The notes: generated by a model from the letters alone, not told the origin. 64,000 nt of DNA from Nanobdellota archaeon (GCA_030647965.1 JAUSIT010000016.1:8429-72428), one strand, 5' to 3'; counted from the stretch's first letter, positions 19,541 through 30,157 are shown. Made by a program: numbers and translations.

Positions 19541-19897
19541 ATGAAGAAAATAAAACCTTTAAAATTAAAACTAGATAGATTTCATGTAACAAAAATAGGG
19601 GATAGAACATTAACTCCTGCACAAAAAAGGAAATTAAAAGAAGTAGTTGGTTATAGATGCCAAAAATGTCATAAGGAATTTGATGCAAGATATTTACAGA
19701 TACATCATAAAAAATCAATAGCAAGTTATAAAAATAAAATTACGGGTGTTGATTTACCAGTTTATACTTTAGGACGAAAACATATTCCAAACTATGATCG
19801 ACAAAAAAGCAAATTAGAAGTTGTCTGTTTAAAATGCCATGATAAGACAAAGAAAAAAAGAAAGAAGAAGAAACCTGTTTGGCAACATTATTTTTAG
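19541..19897 (+). CDS. HNH endonuclease domain protein
   Basis: 'CQKCHK...LQIHHKK...CLKCHDK' HNH/zinc motif; ORF track start 19505, ATG at 19541 more likely. Confidence 0.5.
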   Translation: MKKIKPLKLKLDRFHVTKIGDRTLTPAQKRKLKEVVGYRCQKCHKEFDARYLQIHHKKSIASYKNKITGVDLPVYTLGRKHIPNYDRQKSKLEVVCLKCHDKTKKKRKKKKPVWQHYF

Positions 19898-20083
19898 AAA
19901 AAATGACTAATCCATTAATTTTAACATTACAAGAAGAAATAATAAAAATACCTATGACTTTTAATCAAGTAATACTCTATTTCTTAATTATAATGATTAT
20001 TTGTTTAGTTTTTATTATAGTTAAAATTAAAAAAGATCGAAGAAAAAATAATAAAAGTTAGGATTTATTCCACCTTTTTATAC

Positions 20084-21667
20084 TCAAATCCTGCAACTCT
20101 CATCATCTTTTAAGTTAGTCATATAATGTAAGGCCTTAATCTGCTCTTTTATTTCTTCTAAAACTGCGTTTAAATGAGCTGGGACAAACTTTATTGTGCC
20201 TGCACATTCATGGCCTCCGCCGTCAATATTTGCTTGAGGGAATTTTTTCTTTAGATTATCCATTATCTTTTGAACAGGAAGCACTGGCTTTGTTGCTCTT
20301 ATAATAGTCATATCTGAAAGATAACCAATTGTGATTACAGGCATATTTTCTTTTCCTTCTGCAACTAAATCATGAATCATACCAACAACTTTTCCAGGAT
20401 TTGGATATTTGAATCTTACAGTGTATTTTTCAATGTCAATTGTTGAGAAAGTTATTCCTTCTATATCTTGAGTTCTTAAATAAGGCATTGTGCTTTGCAA
20501 TTGTGTTTCAACTCCTTTTTGAACTTCTTCATTTATTGTTTTAACAAGTTCTTGTTTTGTAAAAAGTTCTTCAAACAATCCCTTGCCAGCATCATATTTT
20601 AAATTATATGCAATAAAATCAATTGCAATTCCTATTTTTTCTAAAAATGCTCTTTCTTTTCCTGTATTTTTAATATAATCTTGTGTTTCTTGAATATTAG
20701 TTCGATCACTTATTGCAGCAACTGCTGGATAAAGTGGACCATCAAAATCTTCAAAAATAAATCTTGCAACTTCATAAGATAACATTCCTGCACTTGTCTG
20801 ACTATCTAAACCTTCAATGTATGGATTTAAATGAAATGAAAGATAAGGATCTACTGCTGTTTTTTTATCTTTTATAATAACTGGATTGTGATGGTCAATA
20901 ACTATTACTTCATATCCTAAATTTTTTAAAATTTTCAAACCAGTAACATCTTCTGGTGTTGAACCATTATCTAAAACAACAATTAATGGTTTTTCCTGTC
21001 CATGACCCTCTATTAATCTTTTTGAAAGAACAATGTCTCTGAAAACATCACTTACTTCATAAAAAGGAGCTTTGCTTGGGGATCTATATACATTAAAATC
21101 AGGATTAAGTCCTATTTTTTCAATAAACCTTTTACAAGAGTGTTCAATTACAAGGCCTGAAATAATCCCATCTGAATCTGCATGATGTCTTATCATAATT
21201 GATTGATTTTCAAGAATTGCTTTTCTTATTCTTCTCGCAATATCAATAAATCTATATCTTAATTTTTCATATCTTTCAGATTCAATACTAAATGTTTTTC
21301 TAACAGGCTCGCTGTTTTTTTTAATAATCTCAGAAAAATCTGCATCAGATCTTTCCATTCTGAAAATTTCAATTTGTATTTTTCCTGCTCTTTCAATTAC
21401 TTCGCCTGAAAGTTTTACAACATTTCCTGCCTGAAATTCTGAATTTTTAGTTACAGCGTCTGCTGTTCCATAACCATCACTTACTGTAAATATAACTGGC
21501 CCTGGCTGAGATTTTCTTAATATTTTTACAAGACCTTCAAAATAATCTCCATCAACTAAATCAATAATTGGTTTTGATTCATTTCTCGTAGTTCTATTGC
21601 CAGAATATTGCTGTTGTTCTCCAGGATACTCTCTTTTTTTTGGAAATGGTTTTTTATCGTATTTCAT
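20084..21667 (-). CDS. RecJ-like DHH-family phosphoesterase/nuclease (archaeal GAN/Cdc45-like)
   Basis: DHH motifs 'IRHHADSDGI', 'VIVIDHHNP'; N-terminal OB-like region. Confidence 0.65.
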   Translation of the reverse strand: MKYDKKPFPKKREYPGEQQQYSGNRTTRNESKPIIDLVDGDYFEGLVKILRKSQPGPVIFTVSDGYGTADAVTKNSEFQAGNVVKLSGEVIERAGKIQIEIFRMERSDADFSEIIKKNSEPVRKTFSIESERYEKLRYRFIDIARRIRKAILENQSIMIRHHADSDGIISGLVIEHSCKRFIEKIGLNPDFNVYRSPSKAPFYEVSDVFRDIVLSKRLIEGHGQEKPLIVVLDNGSTPEDVTGLKILKNLGYEVIVIDHHNPVIIKDKKTAVDPYLSFHLNPYIEGLDSQTSAGMLSYEVARFIFEDFDGPLYPAVAAISDRTNIQETQDYIKNTGKERAFLEKIGIAIDFIAYNLKYDAGKGLFEELFTKQELVKTINEEVQKGVETQLQSTMPYLRTQDIEGITFSTIDIEKYTVRFKYPNPGKVVGMIHDLVAEGKENMPVITIGYLSDMTIIRATKPVLPVQKIMDNLKKKFPQANIDGGGHECAGTIKFVPAHLNAVLEEIKEQIKALHYMTNLKDDESCRI

Positions 21668-21761
21668 GTTTCTGATAAATAATAGGTATTTTTAAACTTA
21701 TATAATTTACTATAAGTAATAAGAACTTTTATTAATTGTAATTTGTTCTTTATTTTAATTT

Positions 21762-21868
21762 GGGCTTATAGTTCAATGGATAGAATGCCAGGCTTCGGTG
21801 GGCTTACTTTATTTAGTTAAAGAAGATGGAGAAACCTGTTGATCGAGGTTCGAATCCTCGTAGGCCCA
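21762..21868 (+). tRNA. intron-containing tRNA, anticodon read as TCG (Arg), about 36-nt intron 3' of position 37
   Basis: Acceptor GGGCTTA/TAGGCCC, D-arm GTTC..GAAT, anticodon stem CCAGG, loop CTTCGG, T-arm CGAGG-TTCGAAT-CCTCG; intron GAAG can pair with loop CTTC; no encoded CCA. Confidence 0.6.
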
Positions 21869-21934
21869 TTTTGTTGTTTTTCCATAGTAGTTACAAAAGA
21901 AAAGATTTAAAAATACTTCTAAATTCTGTAAATT

Positions 21935-22543
21935 ATGATAAAAATAGTACCAACTGATGTTGAAGGAATGTATCAAAAACTTGTAGATATAAAAACATCA
22001 CATGAAATGCAATCTGCTTCATTAGATTTTTTGTTAGGAATGATGAATAAAGAGCAGAATATAACAACCCAAATACCTGCTAAAACAACTATTTTGCCTA
22101 AAGAAAAACATTTTTCATTTGAAGGGACTTTGCTCCCAAGCCCATTAGAAAGTATTAGTGGGGGGATGTATTCAAATGGTATTAATTATCATGGAAGATT
22201 TTTAATTTGCTTAGAAGATTATACAAAATATCATGAATTTTTAAAAAAAATTGCAAGCAAATTTCCTGATGAATTAAATTTTGGAAAATCTTTACTTTTT
22301 TGTTTAAATGAAGGATTGCCAGAAGATATTAGAAATAAAACTCCTTATTTTGAATTATCTAAATCCTCAGGTCATTCTTGGTTAGGTTTTTCATTTGGAG
22401 AATCAGGAACTGCAAAAAGAAATTTATCTTCTTTACCTGATTTTAAATCAGATATGGATTATACTACTAAGATATTAACCAAGATAATTAATTCTTGTTA
22501 TGATAAAGAATTACCTGATTTGGAATTGCCTCTTTATTTTTAA
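21935..22543 (+). CDS. hypothetical protein
   Basis: ORF track only. Confidence 0.35.
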   Translation: MIKIVPTDVEGMYQKLVDIKTSHEMQSASLDFLLGMMNKEQNITTQIPAKTTILPKEKHFSFEGTLLPSPLESISGGMYSNGINYHGRFLICLEDYTKYHEFLKKIASKFPDELNFGKSLLFCLNEGLPEDIRNKTPYFELSKSSGHSWLGFSFGESGTAKRNLSSLPDFKSDMDYTTKILTKIINSCYDKELPDLELPLYF

Positions 22544-22549
22544 TTTTCT

Positions 22550-23392
22550 TTAATTTTCAATTAAAATCGCTGCAACAACGCAAAGAACCATTATTGAGGT
22601 TGCAATTATCTGTCTTAGAGTTAGTTTTTCTTTTAAAAAGATTTTTGCAAAGGCCAGAATAAATACTGGGCTTAAAATAAATAATATTGTTGTAAATACA
22701 ATTCCATATGCCCCATATCCCCAATATAATATTATTCTATAAAAAATCCAAATAATAGCTACCCCGAAGATATATGAATATGTTTTTTTGTTAATTCCTT
22801 TTAACGAAGGCATAAATATTAACAAGCTAACTATAAAAATAAACAAGCATCTTAAAAAATAAAATGTAAATGAAGAATAATAATCTAAAATTGCTTTTGA
22901 AGCAACTAACTCAATGGCAAAAAACAAGCTTGAAATTAAAGCAGAAATTATATATTTATTACAAACAAGATGATGTTTTTTAATATGTGTTGCAACTAGG
23001 GCAATGCTTGCAATTATTGCTAAAGCAATGAGTGAAAAATTTCTTTCTGATGAATAAATTATAACTGCTAAAAAAACAGTAAATAATGGCTGAGTCAGTC
23101 TTATTGGCTCTAATTCTGAAATTTTTTCCCATTTATATGCATAAAAAAGAGTAAGATTTGCAATAATCGATGCAATTATAACTACTGAAAAAATCAAGAT
23201 ATTTTTTAATAAAAAAGCTTCAGGAGTTATTTTCCAGAAAAAATAAAGAAAAGGAAGCATAACAGCAGCTATTGCAAAAAAACTAAGAACATTATAATTT
23301 TTATAATTAAGAAATTTTTTCATCAACAGTCTTTTTTCAAAAATTGTGCCTGTTGCTTCTAACAATGCTCCTATTACTGGTAAATAAATCAT
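22550..23392 (-). CDS. EamA/DMT-family membrane transporter
   Basis: about 10 TM helices in two repeated halves. Confidence 0.5.
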   Translation of the reverse strand: MIYLPVIGALLEATGTIFEKRLLMKKFLNYKNYNVLSFFAIAAVMLPFLYFFWKITPEAFLLKNILIFSVVIIASIIANLTLFYAYKWEKISELEPIRLTQPLFTVFLAVIIYSSERNFSLIALAIIASIALVATHIKKHHLVCNKYIISALISSLFFAIELVASKAILDYYSSFTFYFLRCLFIFIVSLLIFMPSLKGINKKTYSYIFGVAIIWIFYRIILYWGYGAYGIVFTTILFILSPVFILAFAKIFLKEKLTLRQIIATSIMVLCVVAAILIEN

Positions 23393-23421
23393 ATTGCCCC
23401 TTTTTTCATTTTTAATCTAAA

Positions 23422-24804
23422 TTATTTTAAAAATTTCAACAAACAATTCTTTGTTGTTTGATAATCCGCTCTTCTGCTTGAAAGTTTCATAACTTCGCCT
23501 ATTAAAAAATTAAGAGATTCTTGCTTTCCTGCTTTAAAATCTTCAGCTGCTTTTGGATTTTTCTTTATAGCATCTTTGCAAAAATTTTCAATCTCGCTGG
23601 AATCTGAAATCTTTGAAATATCTGATTTTTGCTTTATTGAAAAACTATTTGGAATAAATTCATTCATTATCTGCTTTGCTTTTAATTCTGTAATTTCTTT
23701 TTTATCAATTGCTTTTATTAGTTCTGCTAAATGTTCTGGATTAATATTTACTTCTTCTAGTGTTTTTTTATTGTAATTTAGTATTCTTAATAATTCAATT
23801 GTAACCCATGAAATATATTTTTTTGCATCAACTTGTTTTGCTAGAGCTTCAAAAAAATCAACTAGTTCTAAATTTTTTGTAAGAATTTCTGCATTTGCTT
23901 TGTCAATTTTGTATTTTGTTAAAAGTTTGTTTAATTTTTCATCAGGAGTTTCTGGGAGATTTTGTTTTAACTTGCTAACTTCTTTTTCATCTATTTTCAC
24001 AACAGGTAAATCTGGTTCTGGAATAAATCTATAATCTTCAGCACCTTCTTTTTCTCTCATTTTTATTGTTTTTCCTTTTGATTCATCATAAGTTAAAGTT
24101 TCTCTTTTTTGCTCAATTTTATTTCTGTAATTTTCAAGCTGTCTTTTAATCTCATATTCAATTGCTCTTTTTATTTTGTCTAAAGAATTAATATTTTTTA
24201 TTTCAACTCTTTCCCCATATGTTGAAACATTTACATCAACTTTAATTCCTGCACTTTTTTTTATTGCTTTTATATAAGATAAAGCAATAACTAAATTTTT
24301 TAGCCATTCTATAACATTATCTGCTGAACGAAAATCAGGTTCTGTTACAATTTCTATTAAAGGCAGACCAGAACGATTATAATCAATTTTTCCTGTATCT
24401 GGATTCCATCTTGCAGGGTCTTCTTCTAAGTGAGTTTCTGTTATTTTTATTCCATGGAATTTTCCATCTTCTGAGCAAGGAGTTGAATAAGCTCCTGAAA
24501 TTGTATTTTGATAGCCCTTAGGTATATCTGGCCATGAATAGTGTTTTCTTTGCCAGACTAATCTTTTGTCATGATTTACTCTGCATCCTAAAATTAAAGA
24601 AATTTGAATTAATTTTTTCATTGCTTCTTTATTTGGAAGCATAGGTTTTGAACCTGGCTGACCTGTGCAAATGGGACAGATTCTTGTATTTGGTTTTTCA
24701 TCTTTTTCAGAAATTGCCTTGCATTTGCAAAATAATTTTTCTTTTGTATTTAAATATCCATGAATTTCTAATCCGATTTTCAAAGGAAAACTCTTTTCAA
24801 CCAT
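23422..24804 (-). CDS. gatB: aspartyl/glutamyl-tRNA amidotransferase subunit B
   Basis: 'LEIHGYLNTKEKLFCKC', 'PNTRICPICTGQPGSKPMLN', 'WQRKHYSWPDIPKGYQ', C-terminal YqeY-like domain. Confidence 0.8.
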   Translation of the reverse strand: MVEKSFPLKIGLEIHGYLNTKEKLFCKCKAISEKDEKPNTRICPICTGQPGSKPMLPNKEAMKKLIQISLILGCRVNHDKRLVWQRKHYSWPDIPKGYQNTISGAYSTPCSEDGKFHGIKITETHLEEDPARWNPDTGKIDYNRSGLPLIEIVTEPDFRSADNVIEWLKNLVIALSYIKAIKKSAGIKVDVNVSTYGERVEIKNINSLDKIKRAIEYEIKRQLENYRNKIEQKRETLTYDESKGKTIKMREKEGAEDYRFIPEPDLPVVKIDEKEVSKLKQNLPETPDEKLNKLLTKYKIDKANAEILTKNLELVDFFEALAKQVDAKKYISWVTIELLRILNYNKKTLEEVNINPEHLAELIKAIDKKEITELKAKQIMNEFIPNSFSIKQKSDISKISDSSEIENFCKDAIKKNPKAAEDFKAGKQESLNFLIGEVMKLSSRRADYQTTKNCLLKFLK

Positions 24805-24879
24805 ATTTTAAATATGAAATCTGGGTTTTTATTTGTTTTGAAACTTGGGTGATTGAATAAATAACTTTTTAAAATATTT

Positions 24880-25107
24880 CTAGTAAAACTTCAACTTGAT
24901 TAAAACAATTAAAGAAACTGCTAAGCTAATCAAATTTGCTATTGCTAAGCTATTTAGGCCAGAAATAAAACCATCATAAACTAAAAATGCAACACCCAAA
25001 GAATAAATAATAATAAATGAGGCATAAATTTTTTTCTTTTTACCCATAAGTAAAAATTGAATAATCCAGCCAATAATTATTAATGTTAAACCAATAAATG
25101 CAATCAT
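24880..25107 (-). CDS. small membrane protein
   Basis: two hydrophobic helices. Confidence 0.3.
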   Translation of the reverse strand: MIAFIGLTLIIIGWIIQFLLMGKKKKIYASFIIIYSLGVAFLVYDGFISGLNSLAIANLISLAVSLIVLIKLKFY

Positions 25108-25352
25108 TTTCTTTTATATACCTTCCAAGCTAAAATTAAAGCAGAAAGTGTTGCAATAAAAAATGAGGGGTATAAAATATTTGGGCTAATTTCCATGCCC
25201 CTTAATTTAATAAAATCATAAAAAACATAAATTCCAAAAGTAATTAAAAAAAACCACCCATAAATTTTTTTCTTAGAAATCATAATAATTCCTAAAACTG
25301 CTATGGCTAACTCAATTAGAATCGAAATATATTGTAAAAATTCCATCACCAT
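25104..25352 (-). CDS. small membrane protein
   Basis: two hydrophobic helices; overlaps downstream ORF start. Confidence 0.3.
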   Translation of the reverse strand: MVMEFLQYISILIELAIAVLGIIMISKKKIYGWFFLITFGIYVFYDFIKLRGMEISPNILYPSFFIATLSALILAWKVYKRK

Positions 25353-25438
25353 CTTATAAAAAAATGAGATTCAAAACTATTTAAATTTTTGCATTAAAAA
25401 TACATATATTAAATTACATTAATGCTTATAAATCTCAA

Positions 25439-25984
25439 GTGTTAATTATTAAAATGGAAAAAGAAGCAAAAATTTTAATTGCTGGAAAAAATTTAGATTA
25501 TTGCTTAATACAATCTGATGAAGAAAAAATAAAACAGATGGCTTTTCCAAAAATTTCTCCAGATTATTCTAGTTATGATTATTGGGAAAATGTCCTGGAA
25601 AGTTTGCAAATTAAAGAACAAAATCCAATAGCCGGAAACAGATTAATACCTTTTGGATTAATTCATTCTATTGAAAAGACATATGGAAATGAAAAAAATT
25701 ATGATAATCTGGTTAGTTATACTTTAAATTTTTTTAAACAAGCTGAAGATTATGGACAAAAATATAGTGCCCCTTATGTTTTAATTGGAGATTTAAGTGC
25801 AGAAAATATTGGCTCTATCTGGAGTAATGCTAAATTTTCAGGAAAAGCACAATTAATGATTGAAAATCCTAACATCGAACCTAAAGAAATAAAGATTTCA
25901 CATCATTATCCTAATAGAAGATACGATATTAGAAGAAACGCATATCCTTTAGGACATGAACCTCCAAAAGAAGAAAAATTGTAA
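25439..25984 (+). CDS. hypothetical protein
   Basis: ORF track only. Confidence 0.35.
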   Translation: MLIIKMEKEAKILIAGKNLDYCLIQSDEEKIKQMAFPKISPDYSSYDYWENVLESLQIKEQNPIAGNRLIPFGLIHSIEKTYGNEKNYDNLVSYTLNFFKQAEDYGQKYSAPYVLIGDLSAENIGSIWSNAKFSGKAQLMIENPNIEPKEIKISHHYPNRRYDIRRNAYPLGHEPPKEEKL

Positions 25985-26036
25985 AATAAATTAGATTAAT
26001 CAATAAATATTTAAATAAGATTATTATAAGATTATT

Positions 26037-26618
26037 ATGGAAAAGTGGATGAAAATATTATTAATTTCTTTAGCGGTTTTAATTGTTATTGGGGGAGTAA
26101 TTTGGGCAGTTTATTATTTTAATTCAGATGCATATAAAATAAAAAATGCTGAATCTTTTTGGAATAAAACAGTTAGTGATGCGATTAAACAAAAAGATAG
26201 TTCTATTTGTGAAAAAATGGATGACGAAAAATTACGAAATTATTTCTCACCAAGATTCGCTTGTTATATCAATGTAGCTCGTTCTTTGAAAGATAGTTCT
26301 ATTTGTGAACAATCAAATGAGCCCAATACCTGTTATGTAGAGATAGTATCTGAATTAAAAGATAAATCTATTTGTGAAAAAATAATAAACTTAGATATTA
26401 AATTAGATATTAAAAGTGAGTGTTATGATAGATTAGCTAGAGCTACTTTAGATGAATCTTTTTGTAATTTAATAACTAGTAACTATCTGAAGATGGAGGG
26501 ATTTGATTTAGTTGATAATTGTTTATTAGATATAGCCATAAAAAAGAAAGATAAATCTATTTGTGAAAAAATAAATGACACTTTTTTTAAAAAAACATGT
26601 CTTTCTAATTTTAATTAA
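26037..26618 (+). CDS. secreted/membrane-anchored repeat protein (five KDxSICE repeats)
   Basis: N-terminal TM/signal; repeats KDSSICEK, KDSSICEQ, KDKSICEKI (x3). Confidence 0.45.
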   Translation: MEKWMKILLISLAVLIVIGGVIWAVYYFNSDAYKIKNAESFWNKTVSDAIKQKDSSICEKMDDEKLRNYFSPRFACYINVARSLKDSSICEQSNEPNTCYVEIVSELKDKSICEKIINLDIKLDIKSECYDRLARATLDESFCNLITSNYLKMEGFDLVDNCLLDIAIKKKDKSICEKINDTFFKKTCLSNFN

Positions 26619-26660
26619 ATAAATATTTTATTAATTAAAATAAATTATTAGATAATTATT

Positions 26661-28244
26661 ATGAAAACTTGGTTAAAAATATCATTAAGTATATTAGTTT
26701 TTTTATTTATTAATATAATCTTCTTTGTTTCTTATAGCCAATATGGGGAAGTTCGTCAAGTTTCATTCTTATTAAGCCAAGAATATATGCATTCAATAGA
26801 TGATTGTTCAGTTTCCCGGATTATTGAACAAAAAGTAGACTATGCTAATAAAAAGATAGGTCCATATTGCTTAAATCCTTTTTTAAGGATACTTGTAACT
26901 AAAGAAAATTCTTGTGCACAACTCCAAAAAAGAATTAATAATGTTAGTGAAAATTTATTTGAATTAAAGAAATATTGTACAAAGCTAAATAATGAAAAAT
27001 CTAGTGAAAATATTGAAAAAAATAAAATCTGTGGAAATTTAACATGTTCAGAATATCAATCTTGCATTAATAATAAATGTAGTTTGGATAGCTTAGACTA
27101 CAAATTAGGATTAGTTTATGTTTATAATAATAAAGATACATATAATTCTAATTGGAAAGGAGAATTTGAAGAAATTAATAAAAAAGTAGAAAAAGGAATT
27201 AAAGAATCTACTAATAATAAAATAAATGCTTCAATTACAATTTTAGGAGAAGTTAAAACAGATAATTTTTGCTGGAATCCTGCGAGAATAGGGGTTATTT
27301 GTCAAAAAGATAATTCTTCAAGTAATAATATCTATTATGATAAACTACCGGACTCTTCGTTTGTGGGGGGAGAGCCAACATTATATTGTAATTCGATAAA
27401 ATTTATTGATTGTGAAAATTGTAAGGCTGAATTAGTTAAAAAAGAAGAAAGTAGTTATGGAAATAAAATCTGTAATAAAGGGGATGAAAAATGGGAAACT
27501 ATGCCTGGAAAATGTAATTCTAATTTTAAAACTTTTTATTGTGATGGTTCAACAGGAAATCTAACAATTGATTGTACTCTTTGTGGATGTGAAAATAATT
27601 TAATTTGTGATGAATATAGTGGGAGATGTATGAATTCTCTTGATAATAAACTTTATAAAATTAAATCTGATTGTGAAAATCCTTTATATCAAACAAGTTT
27701 ATTTGAAAGCTATAGATTTGGGTTATTAAAAGAACAAATAAGCAGTGAACTAAATTTTAATTTTGAAAATTATGATGGGATCTTTATTATAATAGGTAAT
27801 TATGGTTATCCCTTAAAAAATGATCCTCTATTTTTAGAATGGGATTGTAATAAAGGATTTGGTTATCCAATTATCGGGGGATATTCTAATTTAGTTATGG
27901 CTGAAAATTTTATAAAATCTGATGGTGGATTGATTGATTGTAGCACTACTCACAATAAAAGATTATCTTATGAAGCAAGAGGGTGGCATAGTATGGTTCA
28001 TGAAATATTGCATAAATTAGGTGCACTGGATGTTTATGATACTGGAACTGCATTTGGGTTAGAAAATGAGAAAAAAGAAGCTTCAATAATGGACTTAAGA
28101 ATAAATGAAAGTATTATGGGTAATAATTTCAAAAGTTGTATGGAAGATGGAAATCTTGAAAAAGATGATAATGTTTGCACTAACCAAGAATTAGATGAAA
28201 TTTATTTAGATGAATATAATAAACAGAAAATTGGCTTGTATTGA
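26661..28244 (+). CDS. secreted Cys-rich protein with HExxH zinc-metalloprotease-like motif
   Basis: N-terminal TM/signal; many Cys; 'MVHEILHKLGALDVYD'. Confidence 0.45.
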   Translation: MKTWLKISLSILVFLFINIIFFVSYSQYGEVRQVSFLLSQEYMHSIDDCSVSRIIEQKVDYANKKIGPYCLNPFLRILVTKENSCAQLQKRINNVSENLFELKKYCTKLNNEKSSENIEKNKICGNLTCSEYQSCINNKCSLDSLDYKLGLVYVYNNKDTYNSNWKGEFEEINKKVEKGIKESTNNKINASITILGEVKTDNFCWNPARIGVICQKDNSSSNNIYYDKLPDSSFVGGEPTLYCNSIKFIDCENCKAELVKKEESSYGNKICNKGDEKWETMPGKCNSNFKTFYCDGSTGNLTIDCTLCGCENNLICDEYSGRCMNSLDNKLYKIKSDCENPLYQTSLFESYRFGLLKEQISSELNFNFENYDGIFIIIGNYGYPLKNDPLFLEWDCNKGFGYPIIGGYSNLVMAENFIKSDGGLIDCSTTHNKRLSYEARGWHSMVHEILHKLGALDVYDTGTAFGLENEKKEASIMDLRINESIMGNNFKSCMEDGNLEKDDNVCTNQELDEIYLDEYNKQKIGLY

Positions 28245-28277
28245 AAGATTTTTATATCCTTTATTATTAATATAATT

Positions 28278-29561
28278 ATGAAAGAAAAAATATTAAATGT
28301 TGGGGACAAGGTAGTTCTTAATACTAAAGAAAAAGATTTTGAAGGATTTGTTCTAGAAAGCTATGATTCTGAAATTGTTTTATTGAAATTAAATTCAGGT
28401 TATAATATTGGAATAAGGGAAAATGAAATTTTAAATGTAAAAGTTATTGAAAAGGCAAAATCTGAAAAGAAAAAAGAATTTAGTATTAGCCAGACAAAAG
28501 GCCTACCAAATATTGCAATGATTATTACAGGAGGAACAATATCTTCAAGATTAGACCCAAAAACAGGGGGAGTTATTTATACTGATGAAGAAGAAATTTT
28601 AAATATTTCTCCTGAATTAAAAAAAATATGCAATATTATAAAAGTTGAAAAACCATTTATGAAATGGAGTGAAAATATGTCTTTTGCAGACTGGAAAGTT
28701 TTAGCAGAAACTTCTGAGAAATTATTAAATGAGGATAAAATTGAAGGAATAATAATAACCCATGGAACAGATTTTTTACACTATTCATCTGCTGCATTGT
28801 CTTTTTTCTTAAGAGACTTAAACAAACCGGTTGCAATTACATATTCTCAGAGAAGTATTGATAGAGGTTCAACAGATGCTTCACTAAATTTGCTTTGTGC
28901 TGCAAAATATGCTGCTTCTGAAATTGCAGAAGTTGCAATAATTGGTCATAAAGATTTAGATGATGAATATTGTTTAGCAATGCCTGGAACAAAAGTAAGA
29001 AAAATGCATTCTTCAAGAAGAGATACATTCAAAGTTATAAATGACAAACCAATTGCAGAGATTTCTGAAAAAGAGTTTAATATTTTAAGAGTATTTAATG
29101 CAAAAAATAAAAATAAAGTTAAATTAGATTCTGTTTATAATGATAAAGTTGCTTTAGTTATGGTTTATCCTGGCCAAGATCCTGAAATTTTAGATTATTA
29201 TATTGAAAAAGGCTACAAAGGAATTATTTTAGAATTATCTGGTTTAGGTCATGTTCCTTCTTCTGAACAGGCAAAATTTAATTGGATTCCAAAAATAAAA
29301 AAAGCAATTGATAAAGGAATTATAATTTGTGGAACAGCACAGACAATTTATGGAAGAGTTAATCCAAAAGTTTATTCAGCAGGAAGAGATTTAGAAAAAA
29401 CAGGATTGATTTTTTTAAAAGATATGCTTTCAGAAACTGCTTTTATCAAGCTTGCCTGGGTTTTAGGACATAGCAAATGGGCAAAGGATAAGGAAGTTGT
29501 AAAAGAAAAAATGCTTGAAAATGTTTCTGGCGAGTTTAATGAAAGATTAGGGTTTGAGTGA
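28278..29561 (+). CDS. gatD: Glu-tRNA(Gln) amidotransferase subunit D (asparaginase-like)
   Basis: L-asparaginase fold 'IAMIITGGTISS', 'ITHGTDFL'; N-terminal extension typical of GatD. Confidence 0.8.
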   Translation: MKEKILNVGDKVVLNTKEKDFEGFVLESYDSEIVLLKLNSGYNIGIRENEILNVKVIEKAKSEKKKEFSISQTKGLPNIAMIITGGTISSRLDPKTGGVIYTDEEEILNISPELKKICNIIKVEKPFMKWSENMSFADWKVLAETSEKLLNEDKIEGIIITHGTDFLHYSSAALSFFLRDLNKPVAITYSQRSIDRGSTDASLNLLCAAKYAASEIAEVAIIGHKDLDDEYCLAMPGTKVRKMHSSRRDTFKVINDKPIAEISEKEFNILRVFNAKNKNKVKLDSVYNDKVALVMVYPGQDPEILDYYIEKGYKGIILELSGLGHVPSSEQAKFNWIPKIKKAIDKGIIICGTAQTIYGRVNPKVYSAGRDLEKTGLIFLKDMLSETAFIKLAWVLGHSKWAKDKEVVKEKMLENVSGEFNERLGFE

Positions 29562-29624
29562 AAAACCGAAATATTTATAAATTATAGTGGTTATAACAAT
29601 TATAATAAATATAACTAATATAAA

Positions 29625-29831
29625 ATGGCTGAAACTACTATTGCTTTAACAAACGATCTTAAAGAGAAAATAAAAGAATTTGGAAATAAGGGAGAAACTT
29701 ATTCAGAAATAATTTCAAAATTAATTGTAATTGCAAAAGAAAGGCAGTTGCAGTATTTGTTAATGGATGAGAAAAATACTATTTCTATAGATGAAGCATT
29801 GTTAAATGCTAAAAAAAGATGGCAAAAGTAA
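29625..29831 (+). CDS. small putative antitoxin-like protein
   Basis: 68 aa, overlaps downstream gene by 13 nt. Confidence 0.3.
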   Translation: MAETTIALTNDLKEKIKEFGNKGETYSEIISKLIVIAKERQLQYLLMDEKNTISIDEALLNAKKRWQK

Positions 29832-30157
29832 TAGTAACTAAGAAATTAGAAGATGAAATTAATAAAAAATTTAAAGGTGAATCTGTTAAAATTTTTGAGT
29901 TAATATATTCTTTAAAAGATAATCCAAAAAAAGGAAAGCCAATTGGACAAGTTGGGGGAATTTTAATCAAAGAAATTAAGTATAAATCTTTTAGATTTTA
30001 TTTTATAACCGATGGAATGAAAATAAAACTCCTTAATATTGAAGAATTAAGTGATTTATTAATTAAATTTGTTCGAATATCTGATAAAAAAGAGCAGCAA
30101 AAGACAATAGATGAAATAAAAAAAATATTAAGAGAATTTGGAGAAAACGCTCTTTAA
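29819..30157 (+). CDS. putative RelE/ParE-like toxin
   Basis: 'NPKKGKPIGQVGGILIKEIKYKSFRFYFITDG' resembles the RelE/ParE core. Confidence 0.3.
   Translation: MAKVIVTKKLEDEINKKFKGESVKIFELIYSLKDNPKKGKPIGQVGGILIKEIKYKSFRFYFITDGMKIKLLNIEELSDLLIKFVRISDKKEQQKTIDEIKKILREFGENAL

Noticed and set aside
19365-19724. Minus-strand 119-aa ORF overlapping the HNH gene region
   Set aside because: It lies antisense to a plus-strand small membrane ORF and the HNH gene, and its translation is low-complexity.
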